Position numbers and translations under genes: made by a program
Shown: positions 47,401 through 55,292 of the stretch, in pieces
How positions within the stretch are numbered: the first letter of the stretch is position 1
Layout of the letters: each line of letters starts with the position of its first letter
Notes under the pieces: model-generated
What the model was told of the DNA's origin: nothing
Databases searched by the model: none
Seen by the model: only the letters and a program-made list of their open reading frames with translations
Virus record (IMG/VR): IMGVR_UViG_3300009093_000036
Coordinates: 131,356-195,355 of that record
DNA from: a virus
Direction: 5' to 3' (one strand)
DNA: 64,000 bases

Positions 47401-50400
47401 GAGATCGAGTCCGCGAAGATCGGATTCGGCATCGGGGCCGCGAGCTCGATGTAGCCCCAGCGCTGCTTGTCCGGACCGAAGATGTGCGGATCGAAGATGC
47501 CTCCGCTCTTGGGCTTCATGTTCTTGGCGGCAACCGTCAGCGAAGGCTCGGTGACCTTGCCGCTCTTGCCACCCGCCCACTTCAGCGTCTCCTCGTCCGT
47601 CTGCGGGACGAGGCTGAGCATGCTGCCCTTTTTCTCCAGGTTCAGGCCCGTGGCCTGGAGAAGAGCACCGAACTTGTTGTAGACGTACGGAACCTGCGGA
47701 GGAGGGATCATCCGACCGTTCGCAAGAGCTGCCCACAGTGCCTCAGCCTGCGGCCGATCGGACTTGAGGGTCTGCATCTCGCCCAGGTTCTGACGGAGAC
47801 CAGCAGCGAGTGCGCCGTACACACCGAGAGAGCCCAGGCTCTGAGCGCCACTCTCACCACCGCCACGAGGGACGAGGTTCGTGTCGTACTGGATGTGCGG
47901 CATCCCGGTTGACTTGATGTAGGCGCCGCCGTGACGAACGTGCGTCTTCTTGTCGATCTGGTGTTCGAGCTGGAACACGTAGTGCGGGCCGACGGTCACC
48001 TCGCCGAGCTTGCGATCGGTCTTGGGGTCGACGAGGAGCTCAGTCTCCTTGAGGCCGTGGTGCTTCAGCTCGTCCTGGATCTTCTTCAGGTAGTCGGTCT
48101 GCCCGTCGAAGTTCTTGACGATGTAGGGCTGTCCCGTCTTCTCCGCGATCTTGCCCGCTGCCGTCTCCAGGATCTGCCCCGGGTTCATGCGGCCCGGCAC
48201 GGAGACCGGGTTGATCAGCATCTCGACGTGCTCGTGCTTGCCGTTCTTCGTGTAGTACGGCATCTCGTTGTCGGGCAGGATCTGCGTGACGATGCCCTTC
48301 GCGCTGTGGCGGGTCGAGACCTTCGAGCCAACGATCATCGGCTCCTTCGTCTTGACGTGAACGGTGATGTTCTTGCCCGAGCGAACGACACGCACGACCT
48401 CGCCGGTGTGCTCGTGGTCCCACGTCAGAGCCGCGTTCGTGTAGTCGAGGCGGCCCTTCTTGGTGAGCCGGTCGAGCATCTTCGCGTCGATCGTGTCGGG
48501 GTTCTTCTCTTCACGAAGAGCGAGAACGAGCGGGTCGCCGGGATGAACCGTGGCTCCCTCCTTCACAACACCATCATCACCGATGTGGTTGTACTGCGTG
48601 GGCTGGAAGGCCGTGCCCTTGTGCGCGACGAAGCGGTTCTTGTCGATGACGTGGTCATCCGTCACGTAGAACGACGGCTTCAGGAGATGCTCGGTCCCCA
48701 TCTTCTTGGCCGCGGACTCGGAGAGCGCGATGCCATCCTCGTGGTTCGCCCCGTTCGCCAAGTACGCGACGCGGACGTTCGTCCCCAGGGCGAGCGTCCC
48801 GTTCTTCGTGAAGGAGTGATCGGCAAGTACCTGACCTGTGTGAACTCGGTCGCCCACCTTCACGAGGGGCTTCGAGTTCAACATCGTCTTCTTTTCGTTG
48901 AGCGGGTAGTGGTCGTAGATGTGAACGGAGTGTTCATGACCCGCCGGATCTCGCACCACGATCTCGTCCGACAGCACCTTCGTCACGAAGCCCGCCACCG
49001 GGGCCTTGTGGGAGAGGAACGTCTCACCAATCCGCTTCTCGAACGAAGCCCCAGGTGCCGCCTGCACCTGCACGAGAGGAGCTTCGCGCCCCGTCAGTGA
49101 GAGCGCCTGCGCCATGTGACGCGCCGACATCGTCGTGCGTCCTGCTGCGTCGTTGCCCATGAACGGGACGAGGTTAGTCTCGGTGGAGAACACCTGCGTC
49201 GGAGAGATGAGTGCGTACTGCGCTTCCTTCAGCGGACGCTCTTCGATGTCGCCGTGCTGGTTCGAGACACGGACCTTCTCGTTGATGGCGCGCGGAACAC
49301 CGCCATGCCACGTGATCTGGTCGGGCAGCACCACGATCGACTTCGCTGCTTCCGCGGGTGTGAGCTCCTCGACCTTCCCCGTCTTGAGGTTGTAGAGCTT
49401 CGTGTACGGCTTGCGATCACGGACCACGATGCCGGACGTGAGGTGGGTGGTCGTGCCCGGGGAGCCCTCGGGGGTGAAGACGGGGTCGACGAAGCCGAGC
49501 TGAGAGGGATCCACGCTCGTGTTCGAGAGCGTGACCTGATGTTCGGACTTGATGCCTCCCGGGCCCATGATCGTCGTCTGGCTACGGTCGGCCAGCATCG
49601 ACACGGGGTTCGTCTGCTTCGGGGTCGAGGTCAGCCCCGTGATGCCGAAGACGTGGTTGATCGGCTTCTGGATGAGGTCCGGCATCACGATGTCGCGCAG
49701 CACCGACTGCGAGCCCGCAGTGAGCGCTTCCTGCGTCGACTTCTTGCCGAGGGACTTCAGGACACGACCGTGGATGTCGTTCTTCGAGGCATGCAGCCGC
49801 TCGATGAAGTGGTCCGCCGGCGTCCACAGCTCCTTGAACTCCAGGGAGTCGATGGGATCGGGCCGCGTACGCTCCGCGCTGACGTCGATGAGCTTGCCAC
49901 TCGCTCGAAGGAGCGCCTCTCCCGAGACCTGATCGAAGCCCTTCCCCAGCGTCGTCTTCGTGACGGCCGGATCCATCTTCGTCTCGCTGAAGTACTTCAC
50001 GATCGCAGCCGGCAGGTCGGTACCCGTCGGAACGTTCGCATCCTTCATCGCCGTGTAGAACGAGTTGAGGTCCTGCGAGTACCGGGACTTCTTCAAGTTG
50101 GCGTCGAAGTTCTTGTCGCCCCAGGCCTTCTTCATCTCGTCGTCGGTGATGCCCGTGGCCTTGAGGACCGAGTAGAGGGGGATCTTGCGGGCCCCCGTCT
50201 TCACGAAGAGGTAGCCGCTGCCAGGCTCCATCTGCACATCGAAGGGACGGCCCTTCGCGAGCTGGAACTGCGCCTCGAACTCTCCGGCCTTCTCGGTCGC
50301 TTTCACGTAGGCACCCGGACGGAGACGCCACTGGTTCGTGACCGACTTCTCCTGGCCACCGTGGATGAAGGTGTAGTGGCGCGTCAGCTTCGGGATGTCG

Positions 50401-50675
50401 GCGATCTTCATCCGACGACCGACCAAGGTCTTGCCGGCGCGATCGACCACCTCGACGTCAGCGACGACCGGCGCCGTGTACGACCGACCAGAGAGGCGGG
50501 CCTGCATCTGACCCTTGATGTCGTCGGTCCCGAGCGTGGAGTCCGACACCTCCAAGTTCTTCACCCGAACCTCGATCCCCGTCTTCGGGTCCGAGACCGG
50601 GAACGTGGCCTGGATCTCCGCGAGGAACCTCGACTTCAGGTCCTCGTACTGACGGTTCGGGTCGGTGTTCAGCAC
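44478..50675 (-). CDS. rpoBC: single-chain DNA-directed RNA polymerase, beta-beta' fusion
   Basis: beta motifs (QTNP..GPGG, TPEG, LVPFMGND, GSKVSTRHSAKG, NPVSVPGRMNPGQ, EMQTLKSD) then beta' motifs (GIFDPHIFGP, PVLPPIYRP, GKKQDYTAR, RDPVLH, GGDIDGD, RSPLKC..CSTC, AAQAIGE) in one frame. Confidence 0.95.
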   Translation of the reverse strand: MLNTDPNRQYEDLKSRFLAEIQATFPVSDPKTGIEVRVKNLEVSDSTLGTDDIKGQMQARLSGRSYTAPVVADVEVVDRAGKTLVGRRMKIADIPKLTRHYTFIHGGQEKSVTNQWRLRPGAYVKATEKAGEFEAQFQLAKGRPFDVQMEPGSGYLFVKTGARKIPLYSVLKATGITDDEMKKAWGDKNFDANLKKSRYSQDLNSFYTAMKDANVPTGTDLPAAIVKYFSETKMDPAVTKTTLGKGFDQVSGEALLRASGKLIDVSAERTRPDPIDSLEFKELWTPADHFIERLHASKNDIHGRVLKSLGKKSTQEALTAGSQSVLRDIVMPDLIQKPINHVFGITGLTSTPKQTNPVSMLADRSQTTIMGPGGIKSEHQVTLSNTSVDPSQLGFVDPVFTPEGSPGTTTHLTSGIVVRDRKPYTKLYNLKTGKVEELTPAEAAKSIVVLPDQITWHGGVPRAINEKVRVSNQHGDIEERPLKEAQYALISPTQVFSTETNLVPFMGNDAAGRTTMSARHMAQALSLTGREAPLVQVQAAPGASFEKRIGETFLSHKAPVAGFVTKVLSDEIVVRDPAGHEHSVHIYDHYPLNEKKTMLNSKPLVKVGDRVHTGQVLADHSFTKNGTLALGTNVRVAYLANGANHEDGIALSESAAKKMGTEHLLKPSFYVTDDHVIDKNRFVAHKGTAFQPTQYNHIGDDGVVKEGATVHPGDPLVLALREEKNPDTIDAKMLDRLTKKGRLDYTNAALTWDHEHTGEVVRVVRSGKNITVHVKTKEPMIVGSKVSTRHSAKGIVTQILPDNEMPYYTKNGKHEHVEMLINPVSVPGRMNPGQILETAAGKIAEKTGQPYIVKNFDGQTDYLKKIQDELKHHGLKETELLVDPKTDRKLGEVTVGPHYVFQLEHQIDKKTHVRHGGAYIKSTGMPHIQYDTNLVPRGGGESGAQSLGSLGVYGALAAGLRQNLGEMQTLKSDRPQAEALWAALANGRMIPPPQVPYVYNKFGALLQATGLNLEKKGSMLSLVPQTDEETLKWAGGKSGKVTEPSLTVAAKNMKPKSGGIFDPHIFGPDKQRWGYIELAAPMPNPIFADSISSLLGIQKQDIQKIVSGEMKLNGKTGGEAIRDGLAKINVEQRLKHYKSMIDDPKVKSSELNNAVFAYKSLRALKEHGKTPSEAYTMKLLPVLPPIYRPFQESAEGTDRIDPLNQLYRRLGMVNSSLETSKKEGIPDRRLLQAQGDLYQEIQNLFGTTPKGKKALDIDFQGNPVRGRFLPGILHTIAGDSPKDGFFQDKVIGKKQDYTARATIVADPGLGADEIGVPKKIAFELFRPMVGHRLTQMGYNPIQAQQEISKRSAVAEAALRREIEERPVLMKRDPVLHQYGIIGQKVKLTDSRAIKVSPLVLPPLGGDIDGDTVALMLPIQHAAVQEAYKLLPSNRSISASTGEVLFTPTNESMLALYRMSLKKRETNQTFASAKEAEAAFVNNKINLDDVITVGKDRTTLGRVRISHIVPDQYKAQVLTGIDTPISKKFVTDMLRQTAQHAPAIFEPFTRNLTQLGFKMAFESGHTVRLSDLEPMRVERAKIIAAAKSRAEGKPDAERTQIWVDATKKLHETYDEHFKKHPTNISDMRSSGIKAKKEQFQGLVIAPMLVENHLGHASKVPITRSFSEGVDVGGYFLQAAGARKGTIQKVDAVRDPGVLTKELIQSNIDSPITAMDCGTHSGISLGVNDRDLVDRYLASPVTAGGKTIPAGTVITPGLQQTFSKAGVTNLFVRSPLKCRMPHGVCSTCMGKHPSGVNYDLGDNVGIMAAQAIGERAAQLMLKQTHNQGIVPTQRGAVDEFSTVERVFGVAKRSPVDAIIAPRAGVVTRVEAQPQGGHKVRFAESKVDLYSRQPLLPHVKAGYKFQRGEQLSEGDPNLNMLLKTRGLEATQDHMVDRIGKIYEKEDVLRRHVELTVRNATSTVEVSDPGDHPTILRGDHMQFPVVEEINRTVLKNQKPIEVRPVLKATETTTALKQHDWMARLQSNRLQEHIMTAAALNEKSDIHGLHPIPGLAHGAEFGNGRGVSRY

Positions 50676-50681
50676 CGGGGA

Positions 50682-50687
50682 AGTCTA
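50682..50687 (-). promoter_or_regulatory. -10-like TAGACT 6 nt upstream of the RNAP GTG (leaderless class)
   Basis: TAGACT-TCCCCG-GTG with no SD. Confidence 0.55.
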
Positions 50688-50765
50688 CGCGCTGCCCTCG
50701 TAGTGGGTCAACGAACCCCGCGGAAATAGCCTCTCCGCAGACCTATCAACATGAAGGAGAGAGCC

Positions 50766-50888
50766 ATGCCCAACAAAGAAGACGAAGACGCCAGGGACAC
50801 CCTCACGCAGTACGAGGACTTCGTCCAAGAGGCGATCACCGAATCCATTCAGGAGAACGAGACGGATGTGGAGTCTGTTGCTGCTTAG
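50766..50888 (+). CDS. 40-aa highly acidic peptide
   Basis: Not in track; GAAGGAG SD; MPNKEDEDARDTLTQYEDFVQEAITESIQENETDVESVAA. Confidence 0.6.
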   Translation: MPNKEDEDARDTLTQYEDFVQEAITESIQENETDVESVAA

Positions 50889-50976
50889 CGTTGCGACCGG
50901 CTTCGTTCTCGGCCTTCACGCCTATCTGTCGATGCTCCTCGCGCGAGCACAGGCACAGGCGGCGGTGTCCGCATGA
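50866..50976 (+). CDS. 36-aa hydrophobic (single-TM) peptide
   Basis: Not in track; AGGAG upstream; MWSLLLLSVATGFVLGLHAYLSMLLARAQAQAAVSA; ATGA overlap with the next gene. Confidence 0.45.
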   Translation: MWSLLLLSVATGFVLGLHAYLSMLLARAQAQAAVSA

Positions 50977-51452
50977 GAAGAAAGCCCACCTACCATCCCA
51001 GAGTCATCGTGGAGGCACACGTGAGTGAGAACGACGGCGAGACGCCGCTTTGTGCGATCTGTAGCGAGCACGTCGGTGAACACACCGACGGGATGCTCAT
51101 GCTCCGAGGCCAGTTCTTCTACGTGAAGAACGAGGGCTACTCGATGTTCGTGCTCGACCCCGACACGAAGCTCCAGTTCATCGAGCTGCCGGACGCCCTC
51201 GGGCCCGGGCAGCCGCAGTTCGCGTTGGTGATCAACCCGACGACCCCCGAGCCGATTGTCCCGGCGCACGCCGAGTGCGTAACGGATGAGCTTTCGCTCG
51301 ATGACGACGATGACGACGATGTGCTCCCACCAGACGACCACCTCGATGAGCTGAGTGCCGAGATGCACGACGCCATGGAGCGCGACTTCGACCGCGAGCT
51401 CGAAGAAGCCGAAGTCGAGTGGAACAAAGACGACACCCTGACCTTGAGGTAG
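50973..51452 (+). CDS. Zn-finger protein with poly-acidic tail
   Basis: CAIC...HAEC; D-rich C-terminus. Confidence 0.65.
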   Translation: MRRKPTYHPRVIVEAHVSENDGETPLCAICSEHVGEHTDGMLMLRGQFFYVKNEGYSMFVLDPDTKLQFIELPDALGPGQPQFALVINPTTPEPIVPAHAECVTDELSLDDDDDDDVLPPDDHLDELSAEMHDAMERDFDRELEEAEVEWNKDDTLTLR

Positions 51453-51455
51453 ACG

Positions 51456-52604
51456 ATGCCGAAGTTCTCAGAAGCCAGACAGGAAGCTCTTCAAGAGCTG
51501 ACGGTGCAGTACAAGCACCGCTACCTCAGCATCCCGTGCCTGCTTGGAGGCGTCGGCCTCGGCAAGACCGAGATGGCTGCCGAGCTCGCCATCGAGATGG
51601 GTGAGAAGGTCATCGAGGACAGCCTCATCTTCGAGGCGATTCCCACAGGGGAAGCCTCCGACCCCACCGACACCGCCGGCATCCCGTGGGTCATCCCTGT
51701 GGAAGGGACCAACATCTCCAAGAAGGACTTCCGAGTCCTGTGGGCGCTGAACCGAGCCGCGTTCGATGCCTGCCACCGCCCGACGATGTTGCTCTTCGAC
51801 GACATCGACAAGGCCACGCCTATCGTCACGAACTCGCTGCTGCACCTCTTCGTGCACCGGCGGTTCAAGGACTTCGCCCTGCACGAGAAGTCGTTGATGA
51901 TGTGCGCGGGCAACCGCACCACCGATGACATTCATGCCAACGCGATGTCGGAGTCCCTCAAGACGCGTGTCACGGCCATCGAGGTGGAGGCCGACTTCGA
52001 CGACTTCTCGAAGTGGGCACTGAGCGTCGAGGAGGACAAGCCCTCTCGCATCCACCCTGTGCTTCTCGGGTTCTTGAACCACAAGCCCGAGCTCCTGCAC
52101 AAGCACGAGGAGAACGTCATCCGCTTCCCTACGCCTCGTGGCTACAGGGAGACCTCGCTGCACATGATGGAGTTCCCCGACCCGAAGACGTGGCTTCGCA
52201 CGCTGACGCGAAAGATCGGCCAGGGTGCCGCGAACGACTTCTGGGCCTGGTACACCGTCCTCTCGAAGGTGGACGTCGACTACATCCTCGAACACGGGAC
52301 GTTCAAGGAGCCCATCAAGAGCGACAACCCGAAGACTCCTCTGGAGGTCGTGCAGAAGATGGCGGAGTTCGCTGCCGTCTTCGCAGTCACGGACCGCCTC
52401 AACAAGAAGATGTCTCCGAAGTACTCGGGGCTCGAAACCTTCATCGCGTCCCTGGCTCCGGAGCTGCGCGTCGCGTTCCTCCTTCAGATGCGGGATGGGA
52501 CGAAGCGCGAGTTCAGGAACTTCTACCCGAAAGCGTCAGGCAAGATCATGGGCACCATCATCAAGGACGCCAGCTCTTCGCCGGCGAACGGAACTGGGCC
52601 GTGA
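51456..52604 (+). CDS. MoxR-like AAA+ ATPase
   Basis: GGVGLGKT Walker A, LLFDDIDKA Walker B, AGNR sensor, SLKTR. Confidence 0.85.
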   Translation: MPKFSEARQEALQELTVQYKHRYLSIPCLLGGVGLGKTEMAAELAIEMGEKVIEDSLIFEAIPTGEASDPTDTAGIPWVIPVEGTNISKKDFRVLWALNRAAFDACHRPTMLLFDDIDKATPIVTNSLLHLFVHRRFKDFALHEKSLMMCAGNRTTDDIHANAMSESLKTRVTAIEVEADFDDFSKWALSVEEDKPSRIHPVLLGFLNHKPELLHKHEENVIRFPTPRGYRETSLHMMEFPDPKTWLRTLTRKIGQGAANDFWAWYTVLSKVDVDYILEHGTFKEPIKSDNPKTPLEVVQKMAEFAAVFAVTDRLNKKMSPKYSGLETFIASLAPELRVAFLLQMRDGTKREFRNFYPKASGKIMGTIIKDASSSPANGTGP

Positions 52605-53842
52605 TCCTCAGCGACGCGGACCAGGTGTACAACAACCGGATGACGAAAGCGGCCACGTCGCTCGTCATCCGGTTTCCTTTTTTCGGCTACTTGTTGTTCG
52701 GCAGCTCCGTGCGAGTGCAGGCAGACGACTGCGCCACCATGGAGACCGACGGCATCGGCATCTTCTGCGGGAGGAAGTTCGCGGCCACCGAGGACTTCGA
52801 GATCTTGATGTTCGGGTTGCTGCACGAGCTCTTGCATGTCTACTTCAACCACCACGGCCGCAGAGAGAACCGCGACCCGAAGCTCTGGAACATCGCTGCC
52901 GACATCTTCGTCAACGGGCAGTGCGGTGAACTGCTCGGCTCCCTCGACGTCCGTGGTCAGCTCGTTCGTTGGCCGGTACCGAAGCGCTTCATCCAGTACG
53001 TCTTCTGGGCGGACGGGAAGACCGTCGAGGAAATCTACACCGTCCTGAAGAAGGAAGAAGAAGCCAAGGCCGGGTCGACCAAGCAGTACCTCCCCGAGGG
53101 CGGTGAGAACGACGAGGTCGGCAACGGGACCGATATGCGTGAGCCACCGTCAGCCCCCGCTGGCGAAGAGGAAGGCGTCGACAGCGGCCCGCAGCAGATG
53201 AACAAGGACTTCCAGGAAGCCTTTCGTCAGGATGTCGCTCACGCCAAGACGATGTCGGAGCACAGCCCACTGCACAAGGACCTCTCCCAGATCGTTCGAG
53301 AGAGGATGGACAAGGTTCTGCGGCCGACGCTTCCGTGGGGCTCCTTGGTGCGTGGAGGTCTCAGCACGGACTTGGGCTGGGACGAGGCGACGTATGCGCC
53401 ACCCAAGATGAAGTACTACCCGATCATCCTTCCGCAGACGCGGGTGGTGAAGGAGCGTGTTCTTCTTCTCGGCATCGATGTCAGCACGAGCGTCACGGAT
53501 GCCCTCATCCGTATCTTCATCACGAACGTGCAAGCTGCGGCGCATCGAGCCACGAAGGTGATCGTCGTCACCTTCGACGCCATTGTTCGAGAGCAGTACA
53601 CGACTACCCAGCCCCGCCACATCTTCGACCATGTCAAGTTCAAGAGCGGAGCTCACTCATACACGTCGGCCATCGAGCTGTTCGAGATCGCGGCGAAGGA
53701 GAAGCCGAGCGCGATCTGCATCCTGACGGATGGCCACATCAAGTTGCCGGACAAGCCGGTCAAGAAGACGACGTTCGTGATCCCCACAGGAGGCCTGAAG
53801 CCTCCATGGGGGACGACGTACGTCATGGAGTATCCCTGGTGA
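52601..53842 (+). CDS. DUF2201-type metallopeptidase-like + vWA protein
   Basis: GTG start overlapping the upstream stop; PFFGYL, TDG, HELLH, WNIAADIFVN, GIDVSTSV MIDAS-like, ILTDG. Confidence 0.85.
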   Translation: MILSDADQVYNNRMTKAATSLVIRFPFFGYLLFGSSVRVQADDCATMETDGIGIFCGRKFAATEDFEILMFGLLHELLHVYFNHHGRRENRDPKLWNIAADIFVNGQCGELLGSLDVRGQLVRWPVPKRFIQYVFWADGKTVEEIYTVLKKEEEAKAGSTKQYLPEGGENDEVGNGTDMREPPSAPAGEEEGVDSGPQQMNKDFQEAFRQDVAHAKTMSEHSPLHKDLSQIVRERMDKVLRPTLPWGSLVRGGLSTDLGWDEATYAPPKMKYYPIILPQTRVVKERVLLLGIDVSTSVTDALIRIFITNVQAAAHRATKVIVVTFDAIVREQYTTTQPRHIFDHVKFKSGAHSYTSAIELFEIAAKEKPSAICILTDGHIKLPDKPVKKTTFVIPTGGLKPPWGTTYVMEYPW

Positions 53843-55263
53843 TGACGATCTACGAGTCCCTCGCCCACGCCCTCATCAACGAGCACGGGCGAGGACTCTT
53901 CACTGGCTCGAACTTCAGCAGCCTCACCCATGGCTTCGCCCCGAAGGTGTGGAGGTGGCTGCTCATCGCCTACGGAGAAAAGCTCGAAGAGCTGCCGACC
54001 CAGATGGGGCTGCCTCCGATCCCGAAGCGACCGGCCCCCTACAACTTCCCGGCGTACACGATCGGCAAGGTCATGCACCTTGGAATCCCGCTGAAGGAGG
54101 CGATGCAGTTCAAGGCCATCCGCGGATACACGGCCAATCACACCCCCATCCAGCTCGCTACGGCGCTGCTGGAGCACGGGACAGCGATCGAGGCTCTGGA
54201 GGCCGAGGACATCCTTCAGTTCGAGTTCTTGCGGAAGTTCTACGAAGACCACACCCCGCACAAGTTCATCGACTCCATCACCCTCAACCCGTACGCACCG
54301 TCGCGGTACAACCTCAACCCGTATCCGATCGAGTTGTTGTTGGACCACGACCAGAAGCCCATCCCCCTCGACACGCTAGGGAGCGCGATGTGGTTCCCCA
54401 AGGAGTACATCAAGAAGCTCCTTCAGCAGACCGAGCCTCCGATGTGGTACTCCCACCTCTGCCGCCTCAACACCTTCTTCGGAGGGAAGTGGACCGACAT
54501 GGTGGAGTCTGCTTCGTACAAGATGTTGTACGGAGCGAACCCTCCGAAGGAGGTGACCAACGCGGCAAGGTACGTACGGAACCTGTCGTCGGCGCAAGCT
54601 CATGCTTATCTCGCCAGGCTCACCGGAGTGCGTGAAGGGCTTCGTGTTGTGCGTCACGATGCCTCAGCGGAGACGATGGCCTCCGGCCTCAAGGCGATCT
54701 CGGGGTCGGCGAAGAACGACGAGTACTACAGGCTCATTGGTCGAGCCCTGACGATCGAGGACTTCCGAAAGATGTCGCCGAAGGCAGCACTACGGACCCT
54801 CTACTCTGTGAACCATGAGACCGTGAGGGCGGTCATCGAGTCCCACAGCGAAGAGCTCGGGGCACTGTTCTTCACGCTGACGGGCAAGGAGGACCTGCCG
54901 ATGGTGATGAACTCGATGTCGCCTCACACCAGCCGAACGGACAAGTGGCACCCGGACACCACCGAAGGGAACGTGGCAGCCTTCGAGTCCTTCAACAAGA
55001 CCCCCAAGGAGTCCTGGGACGCGCAGATGAAGCCGTTGGTCGAGTCCTACATCCGAGCCCGAGACTGGAGAGACACCGCCATCGAGCTCGGGGAGCCCGC
55101 CGTCATTTTCCTCGCGCTGATGCTGTGGGCCTCCAAGCCCGAGGACCCTGTGCCGCGTCCAGCGATCGAGAGTGTGCTGCGGTCACACCACAGCATCAGC
55201 ATCATCGAAGAGCGCTGCAAGGAGATGCCCGAGTTCTACAAGAACACGGAGTCGTATCTGTGA
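53842..55263 (+). CDS. hypothetical 473-aa protein, third gene of the MoxR-vWA operon
   Basis: TGATG coupling; high GC3; no recognisable motif. Confidence 0.7.
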   Translation: MTIYESLAHALINEHGRGLFTGSNFSSLTHGFAPKVWRWLLIAYGEKLEELPTQMGLPPIPKRPAPYNFPAYTIGKVMHLGIPLKEAMQFKAIRGYTANHTPIQLATALLEHGTAIEALEAEDILQFEFLRKFYEDHTPHKFIDSITLNPYAPSRYNLNPYPIELLLDHDQKPIPLDTLGSAMWFPKEYIKKLLQQTEPPMWYSHLCRLNTFFGGKWTDMVESASYKMLYGANPPKEVTNAARYVRNLSSAQAHAYLARLTGVREGLRVVRHDASAETMASGLKAISGSAKNDEYYRLIGRALTIEDFRKMSPKAALRTLYSVNHETVRAVIESHSEELGALFFTLTGKEDLPMVMNSMSPHTSRTDKWHPDTTEGNVAAFESFNKTPKESWDAQMKPLVESYIRARDWRDTAIELGEPAVIFLALMLWASKPEDPVPRPAIESVLRSHHSISIIEERCKEMPEFYKNTESYL

Positions 55264-55292
55264 GAGGAGGGGCCGCAAGCCCCTCTTCTTTT
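55264..55292 (+). terminator. intrinsic terminator
   Basis: GAGGAGGGGC-5nt-GCCCCTCTTC-TTTT. Confidence 0.85.

Noticed and set aside
47628-47636. Slippery-site frameshift at GAGAAAAAG in the RNAP junction
   Set aside because: It does not fit the X XXY YYZ heptamer, and the beta' part is already in frame.
40744-47912. Very long plus-strand ORFs (40744-44616, 44454-47912), and similar ones at 22157-24958, 28219-30261, 37911-39875, 55396-57297 and 58939-61704
   Set aside because: Antisense shadows of high-GC3 genes: R/L/V/G-rich nonsense translation, fully overlapping ORFs that carry recognisable motifs.
35415-50675. Inteins or group I introns in gyrB, terL or RNAP
   Set aside because: Conserved motifs are contiguous; no Hint/LAGLIDADG insertions, C/S...HN termini or frame breaks were seen.
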